64,000 nt of DNA from Octopus sinensis (taxonomy: Eukaryota): assembly GCF_006345805.1 (NCBI RefSeq), contig NC_043010.1, positions 45,570,001 to 45,634,000 of the forward strand, given 5' to 3'. Of the stretch, positions 1-12,232 are shown piece after piece. The notes below the pieces were generated by a model. The model saw only the letters and a program-made list of their open reading frames with translations, was not told the origin of the DNA and ran no database searches. Position 1 is the stretch's first letter, and the number at the start of each line of letters is the position of its first letter. A program made the translations under genes and the position numbers.

Positions 1-2790
1 AGAACAGTTAGCTTTCAAGGTTTCAAATGTATGTGGTAGATAATGTTCAAAACTTCTCCAGGGTTTTATATAGCTTACTTACGGTTTAGTAATCATACAT
101 TTTCATGTGCCTTTTCAAACCATATTTACTTTGATTTATTCACACAATACAAATATTGTAACCATTAAAAGGGGACAAATTATTGTTGGATGCATCTTGA
201 TTTCACAAATTACTGTGATCTATTCTAGCTTAAGTAGCCAGCTTTTGATGGATGTCGTTCACAAAGACTACATTTCTAACTCTTAATTTCATCTGGTGCA
301 TCCATGATACCTCCGTTTCTCCAAGTACATCATAACTGTGTATGCTGCCTTTTAGCTAGTTCAAAGCTAGTGATACTTTCTGTCAATATTTCTTGTGTTG
401 ATATACATGTATGTATTCAATAGTAAAGGCATCATTTATATTTATCCCAGGACAATCTTTTCTGTGGATGGCATTGTATATTGGTTTAACAACAGTATCA
501 TGTTGCAGTGAGAGGTAGTACCGCATTGATTATTTTGGAGCAACTGCTAATTACATCATATTATGTCTTCTGCAGAAGAATGGGAATCAACATTTGTGGT
601 TGCCTCTTAGGAGTTTAAGGGCCTCACTATCTAATTTGTTCGTGAGATATTTTGTTGTTATCTCCTACTCTTGGATTGCAAAAATGTATGATATGTAACA
701 TGATGTAACAATCATGAGTCTAAGAGAGGTTTCACTTCATGTTAATATGACCATTCTCTTCAAGTTTACTGGAAACATACCAAAGTGTTTCTCTTCCAGG
801 TCTCTGCTGAAATATTCTAGTCCTGCACTTCTAGCCACCACATACAGCGGTGTTAAGTTATTGGATATACTAATTCACATTTTAGACACATTCATGGGGC
901 TGGTATGTAAACATTAAAGATTTGTAGATACGTTTACATCTGATGTCTCGATACAAAACATAGCAAAAATGAGTGCTGGCTATAAGTTCTATAGAATATC
1001 TGTAGAAATATCTTTAACAAAATAATGTAAGACCACTGCTGATGCAATAGAATGTGGTACTGACTTATGAAAACATTTAGTATACCTTATAGTATATTGT
1101 GTTTACATAACAAAGTACCACATACCTACAAATTGTTAATGTTTACACACCAACCCCAGGAACGCATCTAACATGTACCGTATTTAACATGTATAATGAA
1201 CCCCCTAATTTTTGGGGTTTAAAATTTGGAAAAAAGGTTTTGAAAGGTATTATAATGCTATCCATGTATAAGAAACTCCCATGTTTTTTAACTTAATTCT
1301 ACATTCTAATTACAAATGTAAGGATTATGGACCAGGTCTTCATGAGCATTTCAATAGCAGCAATAAGGTAGCAGATACTTTTGATAGCTATATTGACTTC
1401 TGTAGCCATGAGCAAGGGATGAAATCAAATGCCTTTCTGTGATCAAGCCATACTGTCACAAGGCTTCCTTATTTCAAATTGTTTACCTTTATTTACCAAA
1501 AGTTATTCAATACATTCCCATACTTCTTTCTTTTTACCTGTCTGCTTGTCTATATCTTTAGACTCTTGATAGTCTTAGAGGAATTGGTTCAGGCAGCCTA
1601 TGTACAGTTTGTACATAATGTTAAGACAGGCTATGGGCCTGTAGTTCTGTACAAAAATAGTGTTTTCATTATTGGACACAAGATTTGCTCATTCTATTGT
1701 AAGCCAGTTTGGTATATCAATCTGGCCTTCTGCAGTTTTGAAATATTTATATACATGATTGTCGATAAAAAGTCAAAGCCTTGTACTAGCAGTCAACTAC
1801 AAGCTCTCTTCCTAGTATTTCCGTATTATGTAGATTTCCCACAGCATTGGTGAAAGTTTCAATTTTGATTACATATGTTTCACTGTTCATGTTAGTACAT
1901 TATTCTCAAGTTAGTGTGTTTGGTCATGTGGAATTCTGATTAAAGTCTTTCTTTTCATTCCTGAATTATTTTAGATTTTCCTGGGATGGGGACATTTTTA
2001 CAACAATGGTTTATCTTCATCATTTCTCTGAATATAGCTTATTGGATATAAGCAAACTTGTGGTTTTTTCCTGGCATGTAATACTTTTTTCTCTAGGGGA
2101 GGTTTTTACTCTAGGTCTTCAGTTCATGTTTTAAGGTTATTAATTTTCCCTCAAGATTTAGAGTAAAATCTGTCCATTTCTATTAATTTTCTCCATAGGT
2201 ATTGCTGACATGTTGTATACTTATCATTTGCCTTGCACTTTATAATGGTATTGTCATATTCTACTGCATTGTTTTATTGTCATGTGCTCTACAAATATCC
2301 CTCAGGTGTTCTTTCAGAATAGCAGTAATAAAAATCCAAGAAGGAATTGGTATTCCAATATGTGTTTTCTCATTTTTTTATCCAGTCTCAGCAATATCAT
2401 CAATAAGTTTTGCTATGAGAGGAATTGGTCTTTTCTCCACTCTCATCAAAAAGATTTGTTACTTAATGGTAGGTTAGAATAGGTGGAAAAATTGTTTTCA
2501 AACTGTGGTTCTAAAATGTTTTTTAGCTGTGTATATTTTACAATTGTATCTGTTGTGTCAGTGTGTAGAGATGCTGATCTGACAGAGTTGTGTGATAGTG
2601 GCACTGGTGGTGTCAATTTGTTTATATTCTTGTTGCCTCTATGGCAGTTTTTGACTGCTTTTGAGTAGACTTGGGAAGATGACTGGCATCACAGGAATCA
2701 GAATATCGATTGCTATCTTTGGTAGCCATTTTGCCAACATAGAAAGATATCTATTGTCACAAAAGTTTAGCAATGAAATGGTTTAAGCAT
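1..2790 (-). mobile_element. Decayed RLE-type non-LTR retrotransposon (R4/Dong-like); RT core deleted; 3' end at or beyond the window edge
   Basis: Manual minus-strand translation gives IDIPNWLT..NYRPIACLNIMYKLY (~1700-1600) and VTVWLDHRKAFDFIPCSWL (~1460-1405). It then gives YIFAIQE*EITTKYLTNKLD (~690-630) and ISSCSKI/RYYLSLQHDTVV (~550-490), the CCHC-knuckle region upstream of the RLE domain. There are many stops and frameshifts. Confidence 0.85.
1085..1325. mobile_element. Fragment of a non-autonomous DNA transposon (possibly pogo/Tc-mariner type) inside the R4-like LINE
   Basis: TACCGTATTT..GTATAATGAACCCCC and a second GTATAAGAAACTCCC subrepeat; LINE homology is interrupted over this interval. 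Confidence 0.4.
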
Positions 2791-3491
2791 GGCTGAGTCA
2801 TCCCACTATGTTCATGTGTGTGTGTGTATACTTACATATGCTGTATGGGCGTACAATGGGTAACTGACTGCCATACAGCTTCATGAAGTGAACATTCAAA
2901 GCAGTCTGTGCCCTGGCAAGACTTATTTACTCAACCTGATTTATAAATAGGGGCCACTCCCATTTCATAGTTGAATAATCAACATCATTTAGAAGTGTAC
3001 CCAGCTGTAAAGCATTTCCTTTAACACTTCATATGCAAATACCCATAACAACCTGTATCCCTTTTTATTCCCTACAAGCAAGCTTGTATAGTAGAAAAGG
3101 ATTATAAAACAACAATATTTTTGTAGTGTGTAACAGTGGAAAGAAATATTAATTTTTTTTTTACATGAAATTTACTGGAGGAGGACATGAGATTATATTC
3201 ATATATTTCTCTTGGATACTTGAGACAAAGTAATGATAACTAGTAATGTCAAGGAATTGAAACTGGTTCATGGACTTGGTTTGTTGTGATATTTCTACTT
3301 TACCAATAGCTGAGTGTTATTAGGTACTTTTATAGTGTGTCATACAATAGCAGCAAGTATTGCATTTAATAAGTCTTTTAGTTTCCCTTTCCCTTCTTTT
3401 TGGTTATAGAAAGTTCTATGTAATGTCTGAAGATGTATCTCAGATGAAATTACATAAAGAAAAACAAGAAGAAAAAAGTTAAAAAAACAAT

Positions 3492-3510
3492 GTGTATATA
3501 TATATATATT

Positions 3511-3556
<46 letters not shown>

Positions 3557-3566
3557 AAGATTATGT

Positions 3567-3600
<34 letters not shown>
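3492..3600. repeat. Compound microsatellite (TA)n(TG)n(GA)n followed by (TA)n
   Basis: Directly visible. Confidence 0.95.
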
Positions 3601-3602
<2 letters not shown>

Positions 3603-4636
3603 CTCATTTACAACATAGACATGAAATGCTGCCACGAATATAAAAAGAAACAAATAAATCTCTTTCAAAATCTTTCTATACATGCAAGTAAAAAAAAAAA
3701 AACTGATGCAGGATATTAAAAATATAAATAAAGAACAATAATATAGTAAATATAGATAAACTATAAACCAGTTTTCATATCTTTTCAACTTTTTATTAAA
3801 CCTCAGTTTCAGATATAGAGCATGCATATCTTAAAAGATTTCCAACACAAAACTACTTATTAGAAGAAAAAAAATTGGCTATTTTATAAGGTCTAGGTAT
3901 CATGATACATCTGAAGTAAAGGTTTCCTCTGTAGGACACCACTGAGTAACTACATGTAGTTTTCTTTTCTCCTTCTTTTATACACTCTAATCTAGTATGC
4001 AATCTAAGGTAATATACAAATGGGATTTGAAAAAAAAATGAATTATGGAATTATTGAACTGGAAGTATGCCTCTTTTTATTCTGTGATATTCACTCCAGT
4101 AATAAATATTAATTGATGTGAATAAAATTTTCTGTTTTATGAATAAGGTAAATTAGAGATATTTCAGTTCCATTAATTACTGAATGATGTCTAATCGCCA
4201 TACAATGCTTTATTCTAAGGAAAGGAAGAACTATTCAGAATATGTTATCTATGAATCAAAGCTGACTCCACTCTTGATCTTTTATCAAAAACAATTAACT
4301 TTTGTTCTTGAAAATCACTTCCATTGAGGATTATGTTTTGCTGTCAGTTTGTAAATCATCATCATCTTTGTTTCCACCATCATGAGCATAATCACTAATG
4401 CTATCGTCATTTTCATTACCATGAGCTAGATCATCATCATCAATTACTTTAATTTCCTGTGTTCTTTTAGCAGCCAATTTTGTTGAATTTTAATCAACAC
4501 TATTTAATTTCTTACACATGCACAGTTATCTCAGAAATATAGGGAATGAGTAATGACATTGTATGTGTGTGATGTTCATGCCTTTCTCATAAGTGTTTCC
4601 AAAAATGAGTAAAATTAAATGGTTATGGATGGGAAG

Positions 4637-4836
4637 TTAATCTTTTAGCATTCAAATTACTCTGTCAAATGTAATGTTTATTCACATGTTTTGAATTAAT
4701 CTTGTTGATTTGAAATTTTAAAGTAACTATTAATGATATTGTAGGGTTAATGTGAGGGGCCAGATCTGGTCAGTTTGAACATAAAACAGGTAGAATATTT
4801 GGGCATGATAGGCCTGTTTAAATGCTAAAGGGTTAA
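4637..4836 (+). mobile_element. piggyBac-type MITE, family P1, copy 1
   Basis: TTAATCTTTTAGCATT ... AATGCTAAAGGGTTAA terminal inverted repeats with TTAA ends; homologous to 9539-9759 and 15342-15550. Confidence 0.8.
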
Positions 4837-5344
4837 AGTAGGCATTGAACTTAAAGATTGACTTGAGTTTGCGGGGGGTTGACCTCATTAAACTTAAGGG
4901 TAAATTCTATTAGGTGCTTCTTTTGTATATTATGTAACTCTCTCTGAGCTTTAAGTCTACATGTTGCTACTTAGATTTCTGCTATGCTCTCTGGGTTTAA
5001 GCATTGTATAATAATTGAATGTATCTGTCTTTAAATGTATTAGTGAATGTAGAAATAAATTGGTATAGCATTTATTAGAACTTTCAATTTTTGAAAATGT
5101 ACTTAAGTTTAATGAAATTACTATTTAAAATGTTTATTTTATTGCTTTTCTATATTTTTCTATCTGGGGAATATGTTTTGTGAAGGTGAATTGTGAAAGT
5201 GGTATTCATGTGTGCTTAGCTTTTTACTTCCTATTCAACATGTTTGCAGATAGACAGACAGACACATTTGTGTGTGTGTGTGTATGTGTATGCACACACA
5301 CACACACAGATATACACAGGCAAACACATGCACAGACACATATA

Positions 5345-6293
5345 CAGGTTGGATAAATTGCCACCATTTTATATTTTTAATTTTGTGTATGTGCAATGTT
5401 TGTTTTTGATTTTGTTGACTACACAGTATTGTAGAGCCAGTTGGCCACCATCTGTTAGGAAAACAGCACCATGATGCAATTCATTCTGCCAGAAATGCTG
5501 TACTGCTTGGCATTCGCACCAGAAGCTCCAATACGAACATTTCAGAGTGTTTGGGTGCAGAGGATTCGGAAAGAGTTGGATGAGTCTAATGGTGATTGCA
5601 AATTTACAGCCGCTCGGAAAACTCACTCTGATCATTCTTTTCTACTCTAGGCACGAGGCCCGAAATTTTGGGAAAGGGAGCCAGTCGAGTAGATCAACCC
5701 TAGTACGCAACTTGTACTTAATTTATTTAGTGATCACTAGTGATGGTGATGTTATACCTCTGTTCATCTTCCCACAGTCTTCAACACGGAGGCCTACATC
5801 AAGTGCCTGAGGGAGGTAGTGCTGCTCTGGGCCAAAAGGATAGCTGCTGGAAGATCCTATGTCGGGCAACAGGACTCTGCACCATGCTATACAAACAGTA
5901 GAACCCAGTCATGGCTGTCAGAGAATTTCTGCAACCACATTACCCCTAACATCTGGCCACCTAACTCCCGAGACTGCAAGCCCCTTGATTGTTATGTGTG
6001 GGATGCAGTTGAGCAAGAGACCAACAAAACTCCTTGTAACACCAAAGATGAACTGAAGACAAGGATTATAGGAACATTCACTAACTGAAATAAGGAGACT
6101 GTTCAGAAGAGTTGCAGGAAATTCCGAAGTCGTCTGGAGGCCATGGTTGAAACCAGTGGTGATTTTATTGAATAAATTTACTCTTTAGTATTTCAAGATA
6201 CTTTGATGTAATTTTGGCAAATATATCTGTTAAAATGAGATATCTGTTATTTTCATTTTCCCGTAATTTAGACAATTTATTGACTGCATCCTT
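5345..6293 (+). mobile_element. Internally deleted Tc1/mariner element, DD37D (maT/mori-like) transposase remnant
   Basis: The ORF at 5819-6088 contains QQDSAPCY...WPPNSRDCKPLD, with 37 residues between the last two Asp; the reading ends GDFIE*. Imperfect TIRs are flanked by TA (TACAGGTTGGATAAATTGCC / GACAATTTATTGACTGCATCCTTTA). A homologue lies at 29166-30026. Confidence 0.9.
5641..5730 (-). mobile_element. 3' fragment of a Meta-domain-type SINE inserted in the mariner copy
   Basis: Reverse complement matches the 3' part of the SINE at 59483-59698; absent from the second mariner copy. Confidence 0.7.
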
Positions 6294-7444
6294 TATACAC
6301 ATGCACACATGGATTCACTCATATCAAATCTTTATAAGCCATGCTTAAGTTGATGTTATTCTGTGAAAATGATTGTGGATGTAGTGTGATCATGATGATA
6401 TATATTTCTAATTAAGAAGGTTTATTACATCTTTTATGTCTTATAACCAATCTTAAATTTTTTGCAAAATTTCTTTCATATCAAACCATAAAATTAGTTT
6501 TCTTCCTTGGAGCCACAACAATAATTGTATGATTCTGATTACACCAAGGAAATTAGAATACTGCTTTTGTCCTGATCTTATAATTTAGGTTTGTGTGTGT
6601 GTGGGTGTAGAGGTAGAGTTGTCAATATAGTATTATTTTGTTTGCTAACACCCCCTCTAAGGTGATAAAAAAATGGTGATTTATATCAGTATTATTCATC
6701 AAGTAAATTTATCCCTATAGTTATAAAATTTGATTTCTCTGATTTTTCTTTTGCTTTGAATATGTACTATTTTATTTGCAATGTTTTCCAGCAATGAAGT
6801 TAGATAGGATAAATTGAATACAATCATTTTTATTTTTTATAATAATTATCTTATATAATTTCAATTTAATATAAAATAAATATTTTGCTTCTTAAAAATT
6901 TTGTCTTCTTTAGATTTGATTTATGTGTTACATACAGAAAAGTAGATACTGCATCGTTGTTAGGCTTTGAATTCTTAGTTTTTTTTATATAGTTGTGGAT
7001 GAGATTACGAGGTGTCCATATTTGTGTGGTATTAGTAAAGCAGAATGAGATTAAAAAATGTAAGTCACAGATTCAGGTAACTGCAAACTTGCTGCTATGT
7101 TGCTTATAAAAATAATTTCTTTTGACTAAGTACAAAATTCAGTTTATTCTTGATACATTCAGGCAAGTTCAGATGAAAAATATGCTGGTCGTTGTAGTGT
7201 ATGTCATAGGGAAAAAAACTTTCACAATGACGTGTTCAACACACTCTGCTCATTGATGCATGGGATTCTTGGACTGATGTTTTGAGGTACCTGATTTTTT
7301 TACAAGAGTCTATATTTGGTAGTAAGGAAACAGAAGAAGTTTTGATGGTTTTGTTATTCTCAATTCTATGAGTGATGTAAAAGGTAGGAATCAAAATTGA
7401 GTTGTGGATTTAGCATCTTCCTTTTGATAAACATTTCATTTTAG

Positions 7445-7471
7445 GTGTCGATGTGGAAGCGTCTACACCAG
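7445..7471 (+). CDS. Candidate 27-nt exon of an unidentified gene
   Basis: atttcattttag|GTGTCGATGTGGAAGCGTCTACACCAG|gtatgg; all three frames are open. There is no homology support. Confidence 0.25.
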
Positions 7472-7554
7472 GTATGGACAACCTTTTTCAAGAAGAAGGC
7501 CACATTATGAAAAATATTCAAGGCAATTTTTCATGTACTATGTCATTCAGAAAG

Positions 7555-7790
7555 TTTCATTGGCCACAATCTGCCTGAGACTGCTCTATGTAATTGCTTG
7601 ACTTGCTAGAAAAAGCACACAAATCTCCATTGTAAAACAAAAACAAAGCAAACAAAAAAAAAAAAATATTAAAAACAAATAAAATAAACAGGACACTTGG
7701 ACAATTGATACCTCTGAAAATAAGACCTATGGTTACAGCCTTTGACCATAGGCCTGCTTGATCAGGGATGATGTGGGAGTAAAAACTATC
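7555..7790 (+). mobile_element. Degraded copy of a SINE-like repeat family that ends in (AAC)n in other copies
   Basis: Shares CTAGAAA(T/A)AGCA and CCTTTGACCATAGGCCTGCTTGATCAGGG segments with copies at ~10620-10740(-), 30770-31030(+), 32215-32350(-), 38500-38680(+) and 51770-51910(-). Confidence 0.55.
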
Positions 7791-8273
7791 TCCTTTAAAC
7801 TATTTTTGGTGTGTATTTTCAAATGTTTTTCAGGTGATGTTTTCTAGGTAAATTGTAATGGCATCTCTCACATTAGATTTGTCATTTTAGTAAAGGTATC
7901 TCTTTCTCTCTCTCACTCTCTCTGTTTCATATATCAGTAGGAACAGTTTCTTTGAGGTTTGTATTTATCATTTCCGCTATCAGTATGTCAGTCTGCCTAC
8001 CTGGTACCTCCTAGCTATCTGTCTGTTAATCTGTTTCTCTATCTTTGTATTTGTCCATTGATTCATGTCTAACTGGCTCTTCTCTGTCTCTATGTTTGTC
8101 TATTGATTCATATCTTACTGGCTTTCCATTCTTGTCTGTCTGGTTATCTGTCCTTTCAGTCAACCCACACATCACCATTCAATCAATATAGTTTTAAGAA
8201 ATTTTCTTAAAATTTTCAGATGTGTACACATTTACCCATACTTTATTATCTGTCATTGTTATGTGTATATATA

Positions 8274-8662
8274 GGCACAGGTATGGCTCTGTGGTAAGAA
8301 GCTTGCTTCCCAACTACATGGTTTCAGGTTCAATCCCACTGTGTGGCACCTTGGGCAAGCGTCTTCTACTATAGCCTCAGGCTGACCAAAGCTTTGTGAG
8401 TAGATTTGTTAGACAGAAACTGAAAGAAATTTGTCATACATATATTTGTGTATGTGTGTGTGTGTTTTTGTGTCCACCCCCACTACTGCTTCAAAACTGG
8501 TGTGTTTATGTACCCATAACTTAGCAGTTCAGCAAAAGACACTGATCTTAGCAAAAATAAATTCTTTGGGTCAATTCAGTCAACTGAAAGATTCTTCAAG
8601 GCAGTGCCTCAGCATGGCCACAGGCTAATGACTGAAACAAGTAAAATATAATAGATAAAAGA
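8274..8662 (+). mobile_element. tRNA-derived CORE-type SINE, family S1 (octopus-type)
   Basis: Pol III A/B-box-like head (TGGCTCTGTGGT; GGTTCAATCCC), CORE-like CCTTGGGCAAG, central (TA)/(TG) tract and a GACTGAAACAAGTAAAA tail. Confidence 0.9.
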
Positions 8663-9538
8663 TAGTTCTTTGTGAATATATTATTTCAGTGTGATGTTTC
8701 ATGCATACTCTGTATTGAGCAATGTTACATTTTGTTTGTGAAGTAGTTCAGTTAATCCTGGTATCGTGTATATTTGTACCTCACCCTCCCCCCTGTTTTT
8801 TTTTTTGGTTTTTGTTCTTTGTTATTCCCAATGCTGATCAGAGGTGTTTGAATTTTTGGCTTATAACTATTTCAGCGGTGGACTGGCAGAATTGTAAGAT
8901 CATTGGACAAAATGCCTGCAGTATTTAGTTATTTATGTTTGGAATTGATATCCTGTTATGGTCAAATTTGTCTTTCATCCATCTAGGATTGATGAAATAT
9001 GGTACCATTTAAGTACTGGTTCAATTTAATATTCCTAGAAAATATTCTTGATGTGAATGAAATGAAAATGGGAAATGAAAACTGTTATTAAATCTTTAGA
9101 CACATTCTTTTAAAAATAGCATCATTTTTATTTTTATGTCTGTTTTTCCATGTTGACATGTGTTAGATGAAACTTGTTGATGTAGATTTTCTGTGGCCAG
9201 GGGTTAATTCCTAACATTAACTCCTAACATGTTTGTCAAGTAAGGCACCTTCATTCCACTTGTCCTCATCTGTTGGAACTGATGAAACTGCTGACATTTC
9301 AGGAATTTTGTTTCCTGGTGAATGTGAATAATGTCGCCATTTTGCTGAACTGCTCCTACATAATGAAGATATGTAGAACCAGCATTCACACACACACACA
9401 AACACACATGATGAGCTTCCTCTCAGTTTCCATTCACTAGTTCCATTCAAGGTATTGGCCAACCTGAGGTTATTGTAAAAGGTACTTTGTAACCACACAA
9501 CCTAGAATTGATAGCAACAGAAGTGTTGGAATGTAAGA

Positions 9539-9759
9539 TTAACCCTTTAGTATTAAGGTTATTCTGAATTATGTAATGCTTATTTATTCGCATTCATTTG
9601 AATTGGTCATGCATTGTTTTGTAGATTTTGCTGATGTGACTGTTTATTTTTAGAATGACATTGTAGGGTAAGTGTGTGGGGCCAGATCTAGCCAGTTTGA
9701 ACACAAAATAGGTAGAATATTTGGGTTGAATTTGGCTGGTTTAAATGTTAATGGGTTAA
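9539..9759 (+). mobile_element. piggyBac-type MITE, family P1, copy 2
   Basis: TTAACCCTTTAGTATT ... AATGTTAATGGGTTAA; internal homology to 4637-4836. Confidence 0.8.
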
Positions 9760-9980
9760 ATATTTTGTATGTTTTTAATTGTATCTTTTTGGCCAAGCCT
9801 TGATGGAATAAGTACCGGTCATATACTATGCTTATTCAGTTGACATTACCTTACCCTTAGAGTTTGTACCTATCTAAATCACTTTTTGGTAAATATATTC
9901 ATTTTTACTTGAATTAAATAAAAGATCTATAAACTTCCTTGCTCACTCACACTATCCTGCTCTCTTTTGGTACAATGCAG

Positions 9981-10009
9981 GATGGGAAAAGACATACTTA
10001 CAGACAAAG
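9981..10009 (+). CDS. Candidate 29-nt exon of an unidentified gene
   Basis: tctcttttggtacaatgcag|GATGGGAAAAGACATACTTACAGACAAAG|gtattt; all frames are open. Confidence 0.2.
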
Positions 10010-10826
10010 GTATTTCACCACCACCACTCAGCTCTTATGGTGTCAAGGGAAATATCTTTGTAAGGAGACACAGCTTCTTGAAAGTTTGTATATATACTCT
10101 GATGTACAAATAGATAAGATCTCATTCATCGTACCTTTTTTTTTTTATATATATATTTACTTAGATGTTTTGGTCTCCATGCTGGATACCCTCCCCATCA
10201 CTTCCTGATAAACTAGAAGAGTTTATGTAAATATATTATCTTTCACTAAGTTTATCATTATAACTGCTGAAATTTGTGGAAGATGATAGTAGATGTAATT
10301 TAATAACAGACATTTTCGAAGTCTTTCTTCTAAGTATAAATATAGGGTATGTTTGATGTTTTAGTGATTTTAGTTTGAATGGAGTGAGTTTTTTTTTTTT
10401 TTCATCAATGTCCAACACTCTGATCTTACTCTTCCTTGTCTTTATATTTCTTCTTCACCTCCTTCTAAAATTTGCTAATCATATGTGTCTGGCTTTTGCT
10501 AGAGTTGCCAGTCTTGCATAGGACGCCCTTAGATTATGAAAGGCTGTAATTAGACCAGCAAGATTTTGCTCATAGTGTACTTTGCAGGTCTAAACTGCTG
10601 TTTCATGTGATAGTCTGTCAGCTTATAATGTAGCAAAGATCCCATACTATGTTGTTGTTGTTGTTTTGCCTCCAGAGAAAACTTTGATCAATAGACATAC
10701 AACAATATTCTAGCCATAATCATCCTGACTTTTTTTTTAATGTAGTGTTTCTAAGAGTATATTATCCAGTGGGTCTTTTCTTTCTTTGATATTTTTAGAG
10801 AAGTAACTGCAGATCAAATGACCATC

Positions 10827-11038
10827 TCTTACTTGTTTCAGTCATCAGACTGCAACCATGCTGAGGTACCGCCTTGAGGAATTTTAGTTGAATGCATCAA
10901 CCCATGTGCTTATGTTTTTTAAAGCCTGGTACTTATGTTATTGCTCTCTTTTGCTGAACTACTAAGTTACAGGAATATAAACACACCAGCATTGGCTGTG
11001 AAACAGTAAGGGGGAGGGGCAAACACAGACACACACAC

Positions 11039-11040
<2 letters not shown>
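10827..11040 (-). mobile_element. S1 SINE 3' half in inverted orientation
   Basis: Begins TTACTTGTTTCAGTCATC, the reverse complement of the S1 tail. Confidence 0.85.
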
Positions 11041-11074
<34 letters not shown>

Positions 11075-11077
<3 letters not shown>

Positions 11078-11459
11078 CACAGGAGTGGCTGTGTGGTAAG
11101 TATCTTGCTTGCCAACCACATGATTCCAGGTTCAGTCCCACAGTGTGACACCTTGGGCAAGTGTCTTCTACTATAGCCTTGGGTCAACCAAAGCCTTGTG
11201 AGTGGATTTAATAGATGGAAACTTAAAGAAGCCTGTCATATATATATATATATATATGTATATATGTTTATGTGTATGTATTTGTCTCCCCACCATCGCC
11301 TGACAACCAATGTTGCTGTGTTTACATCCCCGTAACTTATTGGTTCAGCAAAAGTGACCGATTGAATAAGTACTAGGCTTACAAAGAATAAGCCCTGGGA
11401 TCAATTTGTTTGACTAAAGGCAGTGCTCCAGCATGGCTGCAGTCAAATGACTGAAACAA

Positions 11460-11464
<5 letters not shown>
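11075..11464 (+). mobile_element. S1 SINE, full length
   Basis: High similarity to 48945-49360. Confidence 0.92.
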
Positions 11465-11484
<20 letters not shown>

Positions 11485-11496
<12 letters not shown>

Positions 11497-12232
11497 AACT
11501 CAAGGGCTTTAGAGTTAACCTAGAAAAAGTCAAAGTCTTAGTAAGTAGGGAGACAGACAAACCACGAATCCCTTCAAGTAGATGGCCTTGCTTGATCTGT
11601 AGGAAAGGCATAGGTAGAAACTCTAAGAAGTACCCAGTGTAAGATATGAACACATAAGAGGTGCAGCAATATAAGAGGAAGGTTAACAAGGAAAATAGCT
11701 TTTGTGTGTGAAGATGCACTGATACAATAAACACTGAAAATATACAGGAAATAGACTCCATCGACTACTGTTGGGGTAAGGTAGAGGTAGTAGATAGCTT
11801 CCATTATCTAGGTGACCAAATTAGTAACAGAGGTAGATGCTTCAAGAGAATAGCTATGCGAATAAGATTAGACTGGGCAAAGTTCAGAGAGCTCCTACTT
11901 CCGCTGGCAACAAAGAGCTTCTCCTTCAGAGTGAAAGGCAGATTGTATGATGCCTGTGTGCGAACAGCTATGCTACACAGCAGTGAAACATGGGCTGTGA
12001 TAGCCAAGGATATGTGTAGGCTTGAAAACAATGAAGCCAGTATGCTTTGCTGGACGTGCAATGTCAGTGTGCATGTTTGATAGAGTGTAAGCACCTTGAG
12101 AGAAAAGCTGAGCATAAGAGGCATCAAATGTAGTGTGCAAGAGAGATGACTGTGCTGGTATGTGATGCTTATGAACAAGGACAGTTGTGTAAAGAAGTGC
12201 TGATCTCTAACAAGGTGGTGTAGCATGATCTT
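11485..12232 (+). mobile_element. 5'-truncated RTE-clade LINE, C-terminal ORF remnant with a PHD-like finger
   Basis: Reads LRVNLEKVKVL..WPCLICRKG..TQCKI*THKRCSN..FVC, then EVVDSFHYLGDQI. The ORF at 11856-12080 reads RLDWAKFRELLLPLATKSFSFRVKGRLYDACVRTAMLHSSETW. Confidence 0.9.

Noticed and set aside
7163-7286. TGA-containing frame (KLSQ*RVQHTLLIDAWDSW) as a selenoprotein exon
   Set aside because: The same frame has several other stops within the exon, I saw no SECIS-like element, and the sequence resembles no selenoprotein I know.
9265-9365. TDETADISG as a hAT transposase catalytic motif
   Set aside because: It is a single short motif with no flanking transposase similarity or termini.
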